Positions 34,101 to 42,342 of a stretch of 64,000 bases of DNA are shown in pieces (position 1 is the stretch's first letter; the number at the start of each line of letters is the position of its first letter). Under the pieces are notes generated by a model. That model did not search any database and was not told the origin of the DNA. It saw nothing but the letters and a program-made list of their open reading frames with translations. The translations under genes were made by a program, and so were the position numbers. Source of the stretch: Actinomycetes bacterium (GTDB lineage: Bacteria; Actinomycetota; Thermoleophilia; Gaiellales; F1-60-MAGs149); contig JANYCN010000018.1 of assembly GCA_025360225.1 (NCBI GenBank), forward strand, positions 30,504 through 94,503, given 5' to 3'.

Positions 34101-34752
34101 CCTCGCGTCCGACCCGGAGACGGGCCGCACTGAGGGGCGTGCCGTGACGGCGACGATCGTCCACGGCGGCGCCCACACGATGGTCGACGTCAGGCTCGCG
34201 GACGGCACCACGACCACCGCCACCGATCACCACCCGTTCTGGGACGCCACCACCACCAGCTTCGTGTACGCCGACCACCTCCACGTCGGCGACCGCCTCC
34301 TCGAGGCGAACGGCACGCTGATCCAGGTCAGCGGGCTTCGCATCTACCAGGCGGACGTGACCGCCTACAACCTCGCGATCGACGGCATCCACACGTACTA
34401 CGCCGGCGACACGCCGGTGCTGGTTCACAACACGTGTGGCCCCCTGGTGATCGGCGAGAACATAAGCCGGGTCAGACGCTTCGCCGATGAGGTGGGAGGT
34501 CACGCATACCGACCTTGGACCCGGGCATCGGAGTCTGTAGCGCTCCGTCGGAACGAGCGCATGGTGCGTGACGCGATGAGCGCAGGCCGCGACATTATCG
34601 ACATCGGTCCGGACTTCGCACGACGCGCCGCCGGGCGGGAACCCAGTTTGTTCTACAACATGGAGCGTCAGGTCACGCGCGGCTACGATCGGTACCAACG
34701 CGTTTGGGACAGATCCGGCCAAGCTGGCGGCGTTCCAGGGTTCGACCCGTGA
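28135..34752 (+). CDS. Secreted RHS/YD-repeat polymorphic toxin with pretoxin HINT domain and unrecognised C-terminal toxin, 2205 aa
   Basis: Signal peptide; SpvB-like GDFRWSYPI..P...GGLGP; YD repeats; core GARDYD..GQFISPDP..NPYAYG..NPVTNSDPSGL; HINT SFTARTLV.MADG..DHHPFW..YNLAIDGIHTYY..VLVHN; ATGA overlap with upstream gene. Confidence 0.95.
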   Translation: MKRPALMRVGVAMVLPVVLATAAAATPSAAAHTPTVARPAVAATAASSLPPVVRAVRPTTHPFHLVPRAPRYRVAAAAAVTRSPISVKVVSAGHARASSVRVRVSVSGAAVARARGAGIVWSLRPTVRASIRVTLDLATIAPRFGGGWGPRARLVALVPCAGAALRRDPGCRLEVPVATRNVRGRVLVATVAAGPSSAVTLAAVSSATGSAGSYAATAMVPSSSWQAGGQSGDFRWSYPIQAPPVAGGLGPTLAIDYASGSVDGRVASTNVQPSWLGQGFGLEPGYIERRYVSCADDLASGNNATHATPDLCWRSMNASISLGTHSGILVPTTTANVYRLQEDDGSRITHVGTGPTGGAAESWKLETTDGTVYTFGLGKDALGNATGSAWSVPVFGNQAGEPCYKAANFAGSSCSLGWRWNLDSVVDRHGNAIGYAYAPETNEYGANLNTSIVSYTRGGVLTQISYGQRVGAPALGASARVVFTTAQRCIPSGTITCAATQLTATTASSWPDVPFDQICTAALGAVPAGKGCPNVQAPAFFTRLMLTGIATQVALTANVFTAVDSWAFAHTWLNPGDTTSAVLWLDSITRTGLDGGSVAVPPVKLIASTQMPNRVDSVTDNAPPMNNFRLIGIQNNVGGATSIVYSSPVEAGACTPASKPVPATNTRLCFPVYWSAFGNVAPSLNWFYKYVVRQVTEDTGTIGSTQKVTRYAYVGGGAWRFDRDDLVPARYRTWGQWRGFATVDAVVGTPRVGPFSASRQLFMRGMNGDCVDATCVAKKSVVVTDSRGGSVVDQDRMNGFLREQIMFGAWSDATMAGSAATSEELQTPILGAVTATDGTHSAQLLETASSSKRTYRTTSGGYLESDLAYTYDAYGQPLTIDDNAGECTTFTYDTNLAVWLVDLVTSKAIVARPCATAPSATVADTLSATRTVYDSAPSWAAAPGSAVGDPTRTLVLDGPAAGPGAWVTNATTTFDGLGRPLVVTDGLGRATTTTYTPAVSGPATQVVVANALGQATTTTLDPLRGLTLATVDPNGRRIDEAYDGLGRLTSVWLANRAKATQTPNVRYAYTLSATAGSVVESDELRNNGTYTATFTYYDGLMRETETQSPLLDGTAGRVVYQTLYDGRGLKATVTGPVGLTGAPAATGTVIAADNQVMDRVDTSYDVSGRVTSVTERPGTPGGWRYLTTSTTYDGDTVTVTPPTGGTITRTTVDARGNTISSAQYDGTAFLTSTYAYRPDGLMTSMTDPAGKSWTRSYDLRGRLVSTADPDAGTTRFTYDVAGQQLTRTDARGVQITTSYDGLGRRTGEQRTDGPTPVPLTQFTYDAATGGIGQLATETRTVNGNDYTQAITAYDPRYNVLTSQTTIPASEGLLAGTFPGKSAYNVDGQLQSYIPPNVPGLAAVGYSYGYDTLGQLKSMATGVGAIVPGVLHDYLGDVYQMTTGASLGQGVTYNWNYETGTNRLVGRIIQRQSQPGYTMNLSYTYDDAGNVTSSNDAPSGVTDGPTGETQCYTYDGLRRLTAAWTPAAASCAAAPASAAALGGPAPYWRTYGYNNEGSRTSETDNAGVTPTTTSYQYAAGAPHELASTTTGGRTTGYGFDAAGNRTTVTPPVGQATTTTFDEFGKVSSVTSAAGTVTYIHDAEGRLLLTKVGTDETLSLPDGTEDRVTNAVASSTRSISFLGNAVTVQTPGGFVNIVPDPHNTGELAIDDHTDAISIRRSLPFGGLRTTPTSWPDQHGFVGGLADPVAVTGTVHVGARDYDSGTGQFISPDPVLDAGNPSGWNPYAYGGSNPVTNSDPSGLMLASPDGGGGGGLTATAPRPAPAKPRMIVYGRWAAIYRSTSGTNKHSDSGGSFFSNIGNAFAGMGAGVADQVGLGDVYTGAMKSAGVDTSSGWYTGARTVTNVAIIVASVAVPGVGAVRAGIQAARLANDAHEALNAVRAGESMLPEAESLVRDAAESCSANSFTARTLVTMADGSREPISRVAVGDRVLASDPETGRTEGRAVTATIVHGGAHTMVDVRLADGTTTTATDHHPFWDATTTSFVYADHLHVGDRLLEANGTLIQVSGLRIYQADVTAYNLAIDGIHTYYAGDTPVLVHNTCGPLVIGENISRVRRFADEVGGHAYRPWTRASESVALRRNERMVRDAMSAGRDIIDIGPDFARRAAGREPSLFYNMERQVTRGYDRYQRVWDRSGQAGGVPGFDP

Positions 34753-35189
34753 GTCTTTCTACTTCGCCCGAGCTTCTTTCGAAGTGCCTTAGTGCGTTTA
34801 GCTTCCTCGAGGACTCTGGGGCTCGTGTGGAGGTGGAGGACGGTGCTTCGCGGTCGGTGGTTGGCTACGCTCTCGACGATTCCGTCTTCGAGGTCGAGTT
34901 CGATTGGAGCGAAATGGCCGTGTTCCTCCTCGTCTGTCAGCCGGGCCCATCAGGAGGGCGCCCTGGCGGCTACTATCGGGATCGCGGCCAACTTGTCCGA
35001 GTCCATCTACTCGAGGCGCTCGGTCGGGCGGGATTGGCCGACGATGGGTTGCGATCGGCGCTCCGAGCGGTAACGCGCCGCTCTGGAGCATCGGCCATGG
35101 AAGCTCAGATTGCTCTCGCGGCAAACACTCTCGCGGAGGTGCTCGCGGCCCTCCGCGATCGGTACGGGTCGGTCTTCGACTCTGGATAG
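34749..35189 (+). CDS. Putative immunity protein for the Rhs toxin, 146 aa
   Basis: GTGA overlap with the Rhs stop, small, visibly lower GC than flanks; function inferred from position only. Confidence 0.7.
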   Translation: MSLSTSPELLSKCLSAFSFLEDSGARVEVEDGASRSVVGYALDDSVFEVEFDWSEMAVFLLVCQPGPSGGRPGGYYRDRGQLVRVHLLEALGRAGLADDGLRSALRAVTRRSGASAMEAQIALAANTLAEVLAALRDRYGSVFDSG

Positions 35190-35249
35190 CGACCTGCGTG
35201 TGGAAGGCGCCAGTAGGACGCAGGCCGCGGATCGCGAACCTGTGAGGCG

Positions 35250-36236
35250 ATGATCCGCCTCCTCGAACCGGTCGCGCCGGGGGACTCCGATCACGCTGCG
35301 GTTCCGGTGACCGCCGTCGACCGGCTCGCGACGTACGTCGCGTCGCTGCCGTTCGCGTGGATCGACGTCGTCGCGCCGTCTGAGGCTGAGATCGCGGCGC
35401 TCTCGTCCGCCTTCGGCTGGCACGCGCTCGTTACGGAGGACCTCCGCAAGGGGAACCAGCGCCAGAAGGTCGAGCAGTTCCCGGGCAGCGTCTTCGCGGT
35501 GCTCCTGCGTCCGGCCCTGGTCGACGGTGTCGTCGTGTTCAGCGAGCTCCACGTGGTGCAGAGCGAGCGGCTCCTCGTGACGGTGCATGCGGCCGAGCCG
35601 CAGCTCGCGGAGCGCGCAGCGACGCGCTGCTCGGAGCGCGTCGACCTCGCCCAGAACGGTGCGATCGTTGCGACGACGCTCGTCCTCGACGCCGCGGTCG
35701 ACGCCTACGAGGACGCGATCGACGCGCTCGAGGAGCTCGTCCAGAACCAGGAGTCGCGGGCGCTCGAGCCCGGCGGCGGCGACCCGATCCCCGACCTCCG
35801 CCGCGCCTCCGAGACACGCACGGCCGTCGCGCAGGTGCGCCGCGCCTCGGGACAGCTGCGCGAGGTCGTGGGCGTCTTCGTGCGCCGCGAGCTCGTCGAC
35901 GTCGCGCACTCCAGCGAGCTCGACCTCGAGCTGCGCGACATCCACGACCACGCCGTGCGCGCGCACGAGGACCTCGACATGCTCCACGACCGCATGTCCG
36001 CGCTCGCCGACACGCGGCTCGCGGTCGTCGCGTTCCAGCAGAACGAGATCACGAAGCGGCTCTCGGCGTACGCTGCGATCCTGATCGTCCCGGCGATCGT
36101 GACGGGCTGGTTCGGCCAGAACTTCGAGCACATGGTCGGCCTCACCTGGCGCTTCGGCGAGGTCTACGCCCTCGGTGTGATCGTGGCGCTCTGCGGCGGC
36201 ATGTTCCTGCTCATGCGCCGCGCCCGCTGGCTGTAG
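35250..36236 (+). CDS. corA: CorA-family Mg2+/Co2+ transporter
   Basis: WIDV, LVTEDL..NQRQKVE, NEITKRLS..AAILIVPAIVTGWFGQNF (GMN-like motif), two C-terminal TM helices. Confidence 0.9.
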   Translation: MIRLLEPVAPGDSDHAAVPVTAVDRLATYVASLPFAWIDVVAPSEAEIAALSSAFGWHALVTEDLRKGNQRQKVEQFPGSVFAVLLRPALVDGVVVFSELHVVQSERLLVTVHAAEPQLAERAATRCSERVDLAQNGAIVATTLVLDAAVDAYEDAIDALEELVQNQESRALEPGGGDPIPDLRRASETRTAVAQVRRASGQLREVVGVFVRRELVDVAHSSELDLELRDIHDHAVRAHEDLDMLHDRMSALADTRLAVVAFQQNEITKRLSAYAAILIVPAIVTGWFGQNFEHMVGLTWRFGEVYALGVIVALCGGMFLLMRRARWL

Positions 36237-36274
36237 GTGAGGGAGCGGTGCCGCGAGCCGCGCAGGATGGAGGC

Positions 36275-36652
36275 TCAGTGCTCGGCGACGACCGCGCCGG
36301 CCGGTTCGGTCGGCAGCCCCTCCGCGTGCCAGTGCGTGAACCCGCCGCGAACGTTGTACGCGTCGTAGCCGATCGCACGGAAGGCGGTCGCGACCATCCC
36401 CGCGCGCACCCCACCTCGGCACATGAACGCGACGGGGACGGCGGCGTCCAGCAGCGGCGCGCGCGACGCGATCCGCTCGATCTCGTGGTGTACCGCTCCG
36501 GGGACCCGTCCGGCGTCCCACTCGTGCTGCTCGCGCACGTCGACGAGCACGATTGTCCCCGCCGCGAGCCGGTCGCGCACGTCGTCTGGCATGAGGTCGA
36601 GCGCGGGATCGGCGAACGCGCTCGGCAGGAGCGGGGGAGCGGAATCAGTCAC
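36275..36652 (-). CDS. Single-domain rhodanese (sulfurtransferase)
   Basis: LVDVREQHEWDAGRVPGA, CRGGVR, YNVRGGFTHW...GLP. Confidence 0.88.
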   Translation of the reverse strand: MTDSAPPLLPSAFADPALDLMPDDVRDRLAAGTIVLVDVREQHEWDAGRVPGAVHHEIERIASRAPLLDAAVPVAFMCRGGVRAGMVATAFRAIGYDAYNVRGGFTHWHAEGLPTEPAGAVVAEH

Positions 36653-36677
36653 GGGAGGTAGGGTACTCTCCGCCACC

Positions 36678-37910
36678 GTGAACGTCTCGCCGATTCGCGT
36701 CCCACGCTGGATCCAGCTCGTGGTCTTGCCGCTCGCGCTGCTCGCGGCGTGGACGCTCGGCGGCCTGTTGCAGCAGACGCTCGAGATCCTCATCGTCGCG
36801 TCGCTTGGTGCGCTGTTGCTGAACCCGTTGGTCCATGCCCTGACACGAGCACGGGTGCCGCGCGGGCTTGCCGTGCTCACCGTCTACCTGGTGGTGTTCT
36901 CGGTGCTGATCGGCGGGATCGCCGTCGCTGGTTCGCTTGTCGTCCAGCAGGTCGGCGATGCGGCGCGGGTGATCGATCACGAGGTGACGGTGCAGACGGC
37001 GACGGGGCGGACGCCGGCGGACGACCAGATCGACGCCTTCCAGCAATGGCTCGACCAGCACAACCTCGGCCAGCTGCAGGTGCGCTCGATCGGCCAGAAG
37101 GCGGTCGCACGGGTGCGCTCCGACATCTCCGGCTACGTGAAGAGCGCGATCGCGATCGGCGAGACCGTTGCGACAACCGTCGTCACCGGGATCTTTCGGT
37201 TCGTGCTCGTCCTCGTCGTCTCGATCTACCTCCTGCTCGACGCGCCGCGCCTCGCGCGCTTCGTCAATCGGCTCCTGCCGCCCGGCGAGGACGGGCGTGA
37301 GCTCGGGCGCGAGGTGCAGCGCTCGCTCGCCGCCTACGTGCGGGGTCAGCTCCTTGTCTCGCTCACGATCGGCGCCAGCGCGGGCCTCGCGATGGAGGCG
37401 TTCGGGCTGACCGGGCTGTGGCCAGCCGCCACCAGCTATGCCGTGTTCTTCGGGCTGTTCGTGATGGCGACCGAGACGATCCCGTACGTCGGGCCGATCC
37501 TCGGCGCCGTGCCGCCGATCGTCCTCGCGGTGATCGACGACCCGCTGATCGGCGTCTGGGTTGCGCTCGCGTTCCTCGCGATCCACCAGCTCGAGGGGCA
37601 CGTCGTCGTGCCGCGGATCATGGGGTCGGCGTTGCGCAGCCACCCGTTGCTGGTGATCTTCGGGCTGCTCAGCGGCGCCGAGATCTGGGGCATTCCCGGG
37701 GCGTTGATGGCGCTTCCGCTGCTCTCCGTCGGGCGGGCGGTGTGGGATTTCGTCCGGCCGCGACTTTGCTTTGAACGGTGGACAGCCGTTGATGCGCTGG
37801 CTGGCGTCGGCCTCACGGGCGCACCAGCGTCCGCTCCGTCCGACGCGGTAGGTAGTGTTCTTCACCCGCCCCGCGTGCCGATCGAGCATGGCGACGGACC
37901 CCACATCTAG
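36678..37910 (+). CDS. AI-2E (PerM/UPF0118) family transporter
   Basis: Multiple TM helices; YVRGQL, IPYVGPILG, QLEGHVVVPRIMG, HPLLVI..GIPGALMALP. Confidence 0.9.
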   Translation: MNVSPIRVPRWIQLVVLPLALLAAWTLGGLLQQTLEILIVASLGALLLNPLVHALTRARVPRGLAVLTVYLVVFSVLIGGIAVAGSLVVQQVGDAARVIDHEVTVQTATGRTPADDQIDAFQQWLDQHNLGQLQVRSIGQKAVARVRSDISGYVKSAIAIGETVATTVVTGIFRFVLVLVVSIYLLLDAPRLARFVNRLLPPGEDGRELGREVQRSLAAYVRGQLLVSLTIGASAGLAMEAFGLTGLWPAATSYAVFFGLFVMATETIPYVGPILGAVPPIVLAVIDDPLIGVWVALAFLAIHQLEGHVVVPRIMGSALRSHPLLVIFGLLSGAEIWGIPGALMALPLLSVGRAVWDFVRPRLCFERWTAVDALAGVGLTGAPASAPSDAVGSVLHPPRVPIEHGDGPHI

Positions 37911-37913
37911 GAG
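37898..37913 (+). promoter_or_regulatory. Candidate NrdR box overlapping the nrdJ RBS
   Basis: accccacatctaggag resembles actinobacterial NrdR boxes (CAACATCTAG core); no convincing second box found. Confidence 0.4.
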
Positions 37914-37919
37914 GCGCAC

Positions 37920-40900
37920 GTGAGGATCGAGAGGCGGTACACCGCACCGGGTGGCGACCCGTACGCTGGCATCGCGTTCGCTGAGCGCACGTCGCGCATC
38001 GTCAATCCGGACGGCTCCGTCGTCTTCGAGGCCACGCTCGATGCTCCTGCCGGGTGGTCGCAGGTCGCGGTCGACATCCTCGCGCAGAAGTACTGCCGCA
38101 AGGCCGGCGTCCCGGCCGCGCTGCGCCCCGTCGACGAGGACGGCGTGCCCGAGTGGCTGCGCCGGATGGAGGTCGACGAGAAGACGCTTGCGACGCTGCC
38201 GGCCGCCGAGCGCGAGGTCGGCGAGTCCGACGCGCGCCAGGTGTTCCGCCGGCTCGCCGGGTGCTGGACGTACTGGGGGTTCACCCATGGCTACTTCGGC
38301 GAGGAGGACGCCCACGCCTTCTACGACGAGCTGCAGGCGATGCTGGCGCGCCAGGCTGCTGCGCCGAACTCGCCACAGTGGTTCAACACCGGCCTGAACT
38401 GGGCGTACGGCATCGCCGGGCCACCGCAGGGACACTGGTTCGCAGAGCCCGAGACGGGCGAGCTAAAGCGCTCCACGAGCGCGTACGAGCGCCCCGCGCC
38501 GCACGCCTGCTTCATCCAGTCCGTTGCCGACGACCTCGTGAACGAGGGCGGCATCATGGATCTCTGGGTGCGTGAGGCGCGGGTGTTCAAGTACGGGTCA
38601 GGAACCGGCTCAAACTTCTCCGACCTGCGCGGCGAGAACGAGCGGCTGTCCGGCGGTGGCAAGTCGAGCGGGCTGATGAGCTTCCTCAAGATCGGCGACC
38701 GGGCAGCCGGTGCGATCAAGTCTGGAGGCACGACCCGCCGCGCTGCGAAGATGGTCACGCTCGATCTCGATCACCCGGACATCCAGCGCTACGTGCGCTG
38801 GAAGGTGGTCGAGGAGACCAAGGTTGCTGCGCTCGTTGCCGGCTCGCGGATGCTCGCGCGGCACCTGAACGCGATCGTCGCTGCGACGGAGGAGGGCGAC
38901 GGCGACGAGCGGTTCGTCGCGCGTACCAACCCGGCGCTCGCTCAGGCGATCCGCGGAGCCCGTGCGGGCTTCGTCCCGGACGTGGCGATCAACCGCACCC
39001 TTGAGCTCGCGCGCCAGGGCGTCCGCGAGCTGCGCATCGATGAGTACGACACCGACTGGCAGGGCGAGGCTTACCAGACGGTGTCAGGCCAGAACTCGAA
39101 CAACTCGGTGCGGGTCGACACCCGGTTCATGCGCGCCGTCGAGACCGACGACGTGTGGCACCTGTTCGAGCGCACCGAGAAGGCCCGCGCCGCCGTCGAG
39201 GATCGCCCTGCCCGCCCGTGCACGACGCTCCGTGCACGCGAGCTGTGGGACGAGATCGCCGAGGCGGCGTGGCAGTGCGCCGATCCTGGTCTGCAGTTCC
39301 ACGACACGACCAACGAGTGGCACACCTGCCCGGCGGACGGCCCGATTCGCGCCTCGAACCCGTGCTCGGAGTACGTCTTCCTCGACGACACGGCGTGTAA
39401 CCTCGCATCGCTGAACCTGCTGCAGTTCGAGGGAGCGAGCGGCTTCGACGTCGAGCTGTACCGTCATGGCTGCCGGCTCTGGACGATCGTGCTCGAGGTC
39501 TCCGTCCTGATGGCGCAGTTCCCGTCGCGGGAGATCGCTGAGCGCAGCTACGCCTATCGCACGCTCGGCCTTGGCTACGCGAACATGGGTGCGATGCTGA
39601 TGCGCCGTGGCCTGCCGTACGACGGACCCGTGTCCTACGCGCTCTGCGCCACGCTCACGGCAATCATGCACTTCACGTCGCTGGCAACGAGCGCCGAGAT
39701 CGCGGGCGAGCTCGGCGCGTTCCCGGCGTACGATCGCAACGCCGAGGCGATGCTGCGGGTGGTGCGTAACCACCGCCGTGCGATCTACGCGGCGCCCGAC
39801 GTCGACTACGAGCAGCTCTCGGTGCTGCCCGTGATGGTCGACGTGACACACGCCGATCCGGCCCTGCTGGCAGCGGCGCGTGCTGACGCTGATCGAGCGC
39901 TCGAGCTCGGCGAGAAGCACGGCTACCGCAACGCCCAGGTCACGTTGATCGCCCCAACGGGCACGATCGGCCTCGTGATGGACTGTGACACGACCGGTAT
40001 CGAGCCCGACTTCGCGCTGGTGAAGTTCAAGAAGCTTGCGGGCGGCGGGTACTTCAAGATCGTCAACGCCTCCGTTCCAGCGGCGCTCGCGAACCTCGGC
40101 TACCCCGCCGAGGAGTCGGAAGCGATCGTGCAGTACTGCGTCGGCGCTGGCACGCTCGAGGGCTGCCCCCACATGTCGCCGGACAAGCTTCGCCAGCTTG
40201 GCTTCCCGAGCACCGCGATCGACGCGATCGAGTCGCAGGTACGGTCCGCGTTCGACCTTCGCTTCGCGTTCACGCGCTTCGCGATCGGCGACGACGTGTG
40301 CACCGAGCACCTCGGCATTGAGCCGGAAGACCTACGGACGCCCGGCTTCGACCTGCTCACGGCCGTCGGCTTCTCCGCCGCCGAGGTCGAGGAGGCGAAC
40401 CTCTACGTCTGCGGCACGATGACGGTGGAGGGGGCGCCGTACCTGCGCGACGAGCATCTCCCCGTGTTCGACTGTGCGAACAGGTGCGGTCGTCTAGGCA
40501 CTCGAGCGATCGCCCCGCTCGCCCACGTGGAGATGATGGCCGCCGCTCAGCCGTTCCTCTCGGGTGCGATCTCGAAGACCGTGAACCTGCCGAACACGGC
40601 GTCGATCGCCGACATCGCCGAGATCTACCGCGTCTCCTGGAAGCGCATGTTGAAGGCGATCGCGTTGTACCGCGACGGGTCGAAGCTCTCGCAGCCGCTG
40701 AACTCGTCCGCCGCGGACGCTCTTACGGTGGAGGACGTCGAACCGGTCGTCGAGAAGGTGCTCTTGCCGAGCAGCGAGGAGATCGCCGAGCGCGTCGTCG
40801 TCGAGTACCTCCGCGAGCGGCGGCGCCTGCCCGACCGTCGCGCCGGTTACACGCAGAAGTCGACGATCGGCGGGCACAAGGTGTACCTGCGCACCGGTGA

Positions 40901-41501
40901 GTACGCCGACGGGCAGCTTGGCGAGGTGTTCATCGACATGCACAAGGAGGGCGCTGCCTTCCGGAGCCTGATGAACTGCTTCGCGATCGCCATCTCTCTT
41001 GGCCTGCAGCATGGCGTGCCGCTCGAGGAGTACGTCGACGCGTTCGTCTTCACCCGCTTCGAGCCGAACGGGATGGTGCAGGGCAACGCCCACATCAAGA
41101 TGTCGACGTCGGTGATCGACTACATCTTCCGCGAGCTCGCCGTCTCCTACCTTGGCCGTGACGACCTCGCCCAGGTGAAGCCCGAGGACCTGCGACACGA
41201 CACGATCGGCAGCACCAACCCGCGCTCGGAGCACCTCGCGCCGTTCGCGCCCACGACCTCGGCGTCGGCACCGGTCGCGTCTGCCGCCGTGGCCGCACCG
41301 AGCCCATCAGCGGCGGCGGTCGCCGTGCTTCCGGGCCGGGCAGTGAAGGCCGTCGCGCCGTTGCTCATGACCGACCGTGACGCCGCCCGTCTGCGCGGCT
41401 ACGAGGGTGACGCTTGCTGGAACTGCGGACAGTTCACCCTGGTGCGTAACGGCAGCTGCCTCAAGTGCAACAGCTGCGGCGAGACGTCCGGCTGTAGCTG
41501 A
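37920..41501 (+). CDS. nrdJ: Class II (B12-dependent) ribonucleotide reductase
   Basis: [24 protein letters not shown] (thiyl Cys), [27 protein letters not shown] region, C-terminal CxxC..CxxC. Confidence 0.97.
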   Translation: MRIERRYTAPGGDPYAGIAFAERTSRIVNPDGSVVFEATLDAPAGWSQVAVDILAQKYCRKAGVPAALRPVDEDGVPEWLRRMEVDEKTLATLPAAEREVGESDARQVFRRLAGCWTYWGFTHGYFGEEDAHAFYDELQAMLARQAAAPNSPQWFNTGLNWAYGIAGPPQGHWFAEPETGELKRSTSAYERPAPHACFIQSVADDLVNEGGIMDLWVREARVFKYGSGTGSNFSDLRGENERLSGGGKSSGLMSFLKIGDRAAGAIKSGGTTRRAAKMVTLDLDHPDIQRYVRWKVVEETKVAALVAGSRMLARHLNAIVAATEEGDGDERFVARTNPALAQAIRGARAGFVPDVAINRTLELARQGVRELRIDEYDTDWQGEAYQTVSGQNSNNSVRVDTRFMRAVETDDVWHLFERTEKARAAVEDRPARPCTTLRARELWDEIAEAAWQCADPGLQFHDTTNEWHTCPADGPIRASNPCSEYVFLDDTACNLASLNLLQFEGASGFDVELYRHGCRLWTIVLEVSVLMAQFPSREIAERSYAYRTLGLGYANMGAMLMRRGLPYDGPVSYALCATLTAIMHFTSLATSAEIAGELGAFPAYDRNAEAMLRVVRNHRRAIYAAPDVDYEQLSVLPVMVDVTHADPALLAAARADADRALELGEKHGYRNAQVTLIAPTGTIGLVMDCDTTGIEPDFALVKFKKLAGGGYFKIVNASVPAALANLGYPAEESEAIVQYCVGAGTLEGCPHMSPDKLRQLGFPSTAIDAIESQVRSAFDLRFAFTRFAIGDDVCTEHLGIEPEDLRTPGFDLLTAVGFSAAEVEEANLYVCGTMTVEGAPYLRDEHLPVFDCANRCGRLGTRAIAPLAHVEMMAAAQPFLSGAISKTVNLPNTASIADIAEIYRVSWKRMLKAIALYRDGSKLSQPLNSSAADALTVEDVEPVVEKVLLPSSEEIAERVVVEYLRERRRLPDRRAGYTQKSTIGGHKVYLRTGEYADGQLGEVFIDMHKEGAAFRSLMNCFAIAISLGLQHGVPLEEYVDAFVFTRFEPNGMVQGNAHIKMSTSVIDYIFRELAVSYLGRDDLAQVKPEDLRHDTIGSTNPRSEHLAPFAPTTSASAPVASAAVAAPSPSAAAVAVLPGRAVKAVAPLLMTDRDAARLRGYEGDACWNCGQFTLVRNGSCLKCNSCGETSGCS

Positions 41502-41528
41502 TCGATCCCGTCGCGCGGGGTGCCCGGG

Positions 41529-41879
41529 TCAGGCTGCCTGGGCGCCCCGCCACTCGACCTGACGGCGGGCAGCGAGGGCGTCGATCAGACGCAACTGGCG
41601 GCCGTCGCCCTCGCTGAGGAACGGGCCGACGGCGGTGTAGCCGTGCTCGACCAGGTAGCCGCGCAGCGACTCCGAGAGGCTCCCTGTGCTGCGGTGCTGG
41701 TTGTTCTTCGTCTCCTGCTCGAGCCGTGCGCGCACGATTTCCTCGAGCGGCGCGATGTCCCCGGCGACCGGAAGGCGCACGAGCGCCCGCCCGCGCCCGT
41801 CGACGCCGTGCACCGTTAGACCGGTCGGTGAGAGGGCCTCGACGCAGAGCTGCTCGATCGGCGGGAGCTGGTCGCTCAT
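41529..41879 (-). CDS. Hypothetical protein, 116 aa
   Basis: ATGA-coupled to the upstream gene; protein-like composition. Confidence 0.6.
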   Translation of the reverse strand: MSDQLPPIEQLCVEALSPTGLTVHGVDGRGRALVRLPVAGDIAPLEEIVRARLEQETKNNQHRSTGSLSESLRGYLVEHGYTAVGPFLSEGDGRQLRLIDALAARRQVEWRGAQAA

Positions 41880-42292
41880 GACGTCTGGGTGCTGGTGGCG
41901 GCGGAGACCGCCTCGGTGCCGGCGCCGCCGCCGTTGGTGGCGACCTCCGCGTGGCCCTTCTCGAACGTCACGACGACCCCCGCGAGGACGATCCGGGTCG
42001 CGTGCCCGCCCGCCACGACGCGTCGCGCCGCGAGCTCGCCGGAGGCGACGATCGGGCCCGTGACGGCCACGCGCGTCCCGGGCGCGACGGGGTGCGTCCA
42101 GCGCACGCGCAGCGGCGTCCCGTCGGCGCGCGCGAGCACGAACGAGCCCGCGCCGGCCGTCACGACCGTCCCGCGGACGGGTCTGGTCGCTCCGAGCGCG
42201 GTCGTCGAGACGGCGAGGAGGGAGAGCACGGCGAGGAGGGAGAGCACGGCGAGGAGCGCGACGGGGCCGCGACGCGGGAGAGCCACCGTCAC
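41876..42292 (-). CDS. Hypothetical secreted beta-rich protein (start may be 42346)
   Basis: Signal-like N-terminus containing an 18-bp tandem repeat (LLAVLS); alternating beta pattern. Confidence 0.55.
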   Translation of the reverse strand: MTVALPRRGPVALLAVLSLLAVLSLLAVSTTALGATRPVRGTVVTAGAGSFVLARADGTPLRVRWTHPVAPGTRVAVTGPIVASGELAARRVVAGGHATRIVLAGVVVTFEKGHAEVATNGGGAGTEAVSAATSTQTS

Positions 42293-42342
42293 ACGTTGCA
42301 CCGCCGCAGCGAAGCACGCGTCCCCCGTTAGAGGGAGGAGCG

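Noticed and set aside
25273-35189. T6SS/T7SS effector or umbrella (Umb) toxin
   Set aside because: No PAAR, VgrG, WXG/LXG or ALF repeats; the Rhs has a Sec-type signal peptide
37920-41501. Intein or intron in nrdJ
   Set aside because: Continuous frame of ordinary length; no intein terminal motifs or homing endonuclease seen
42210-42256. 18-bp tandem repeat as a phase-variation site
   Set aside because: Unit length is a multiple of 3 and only lengthens a hydrophobic signal region
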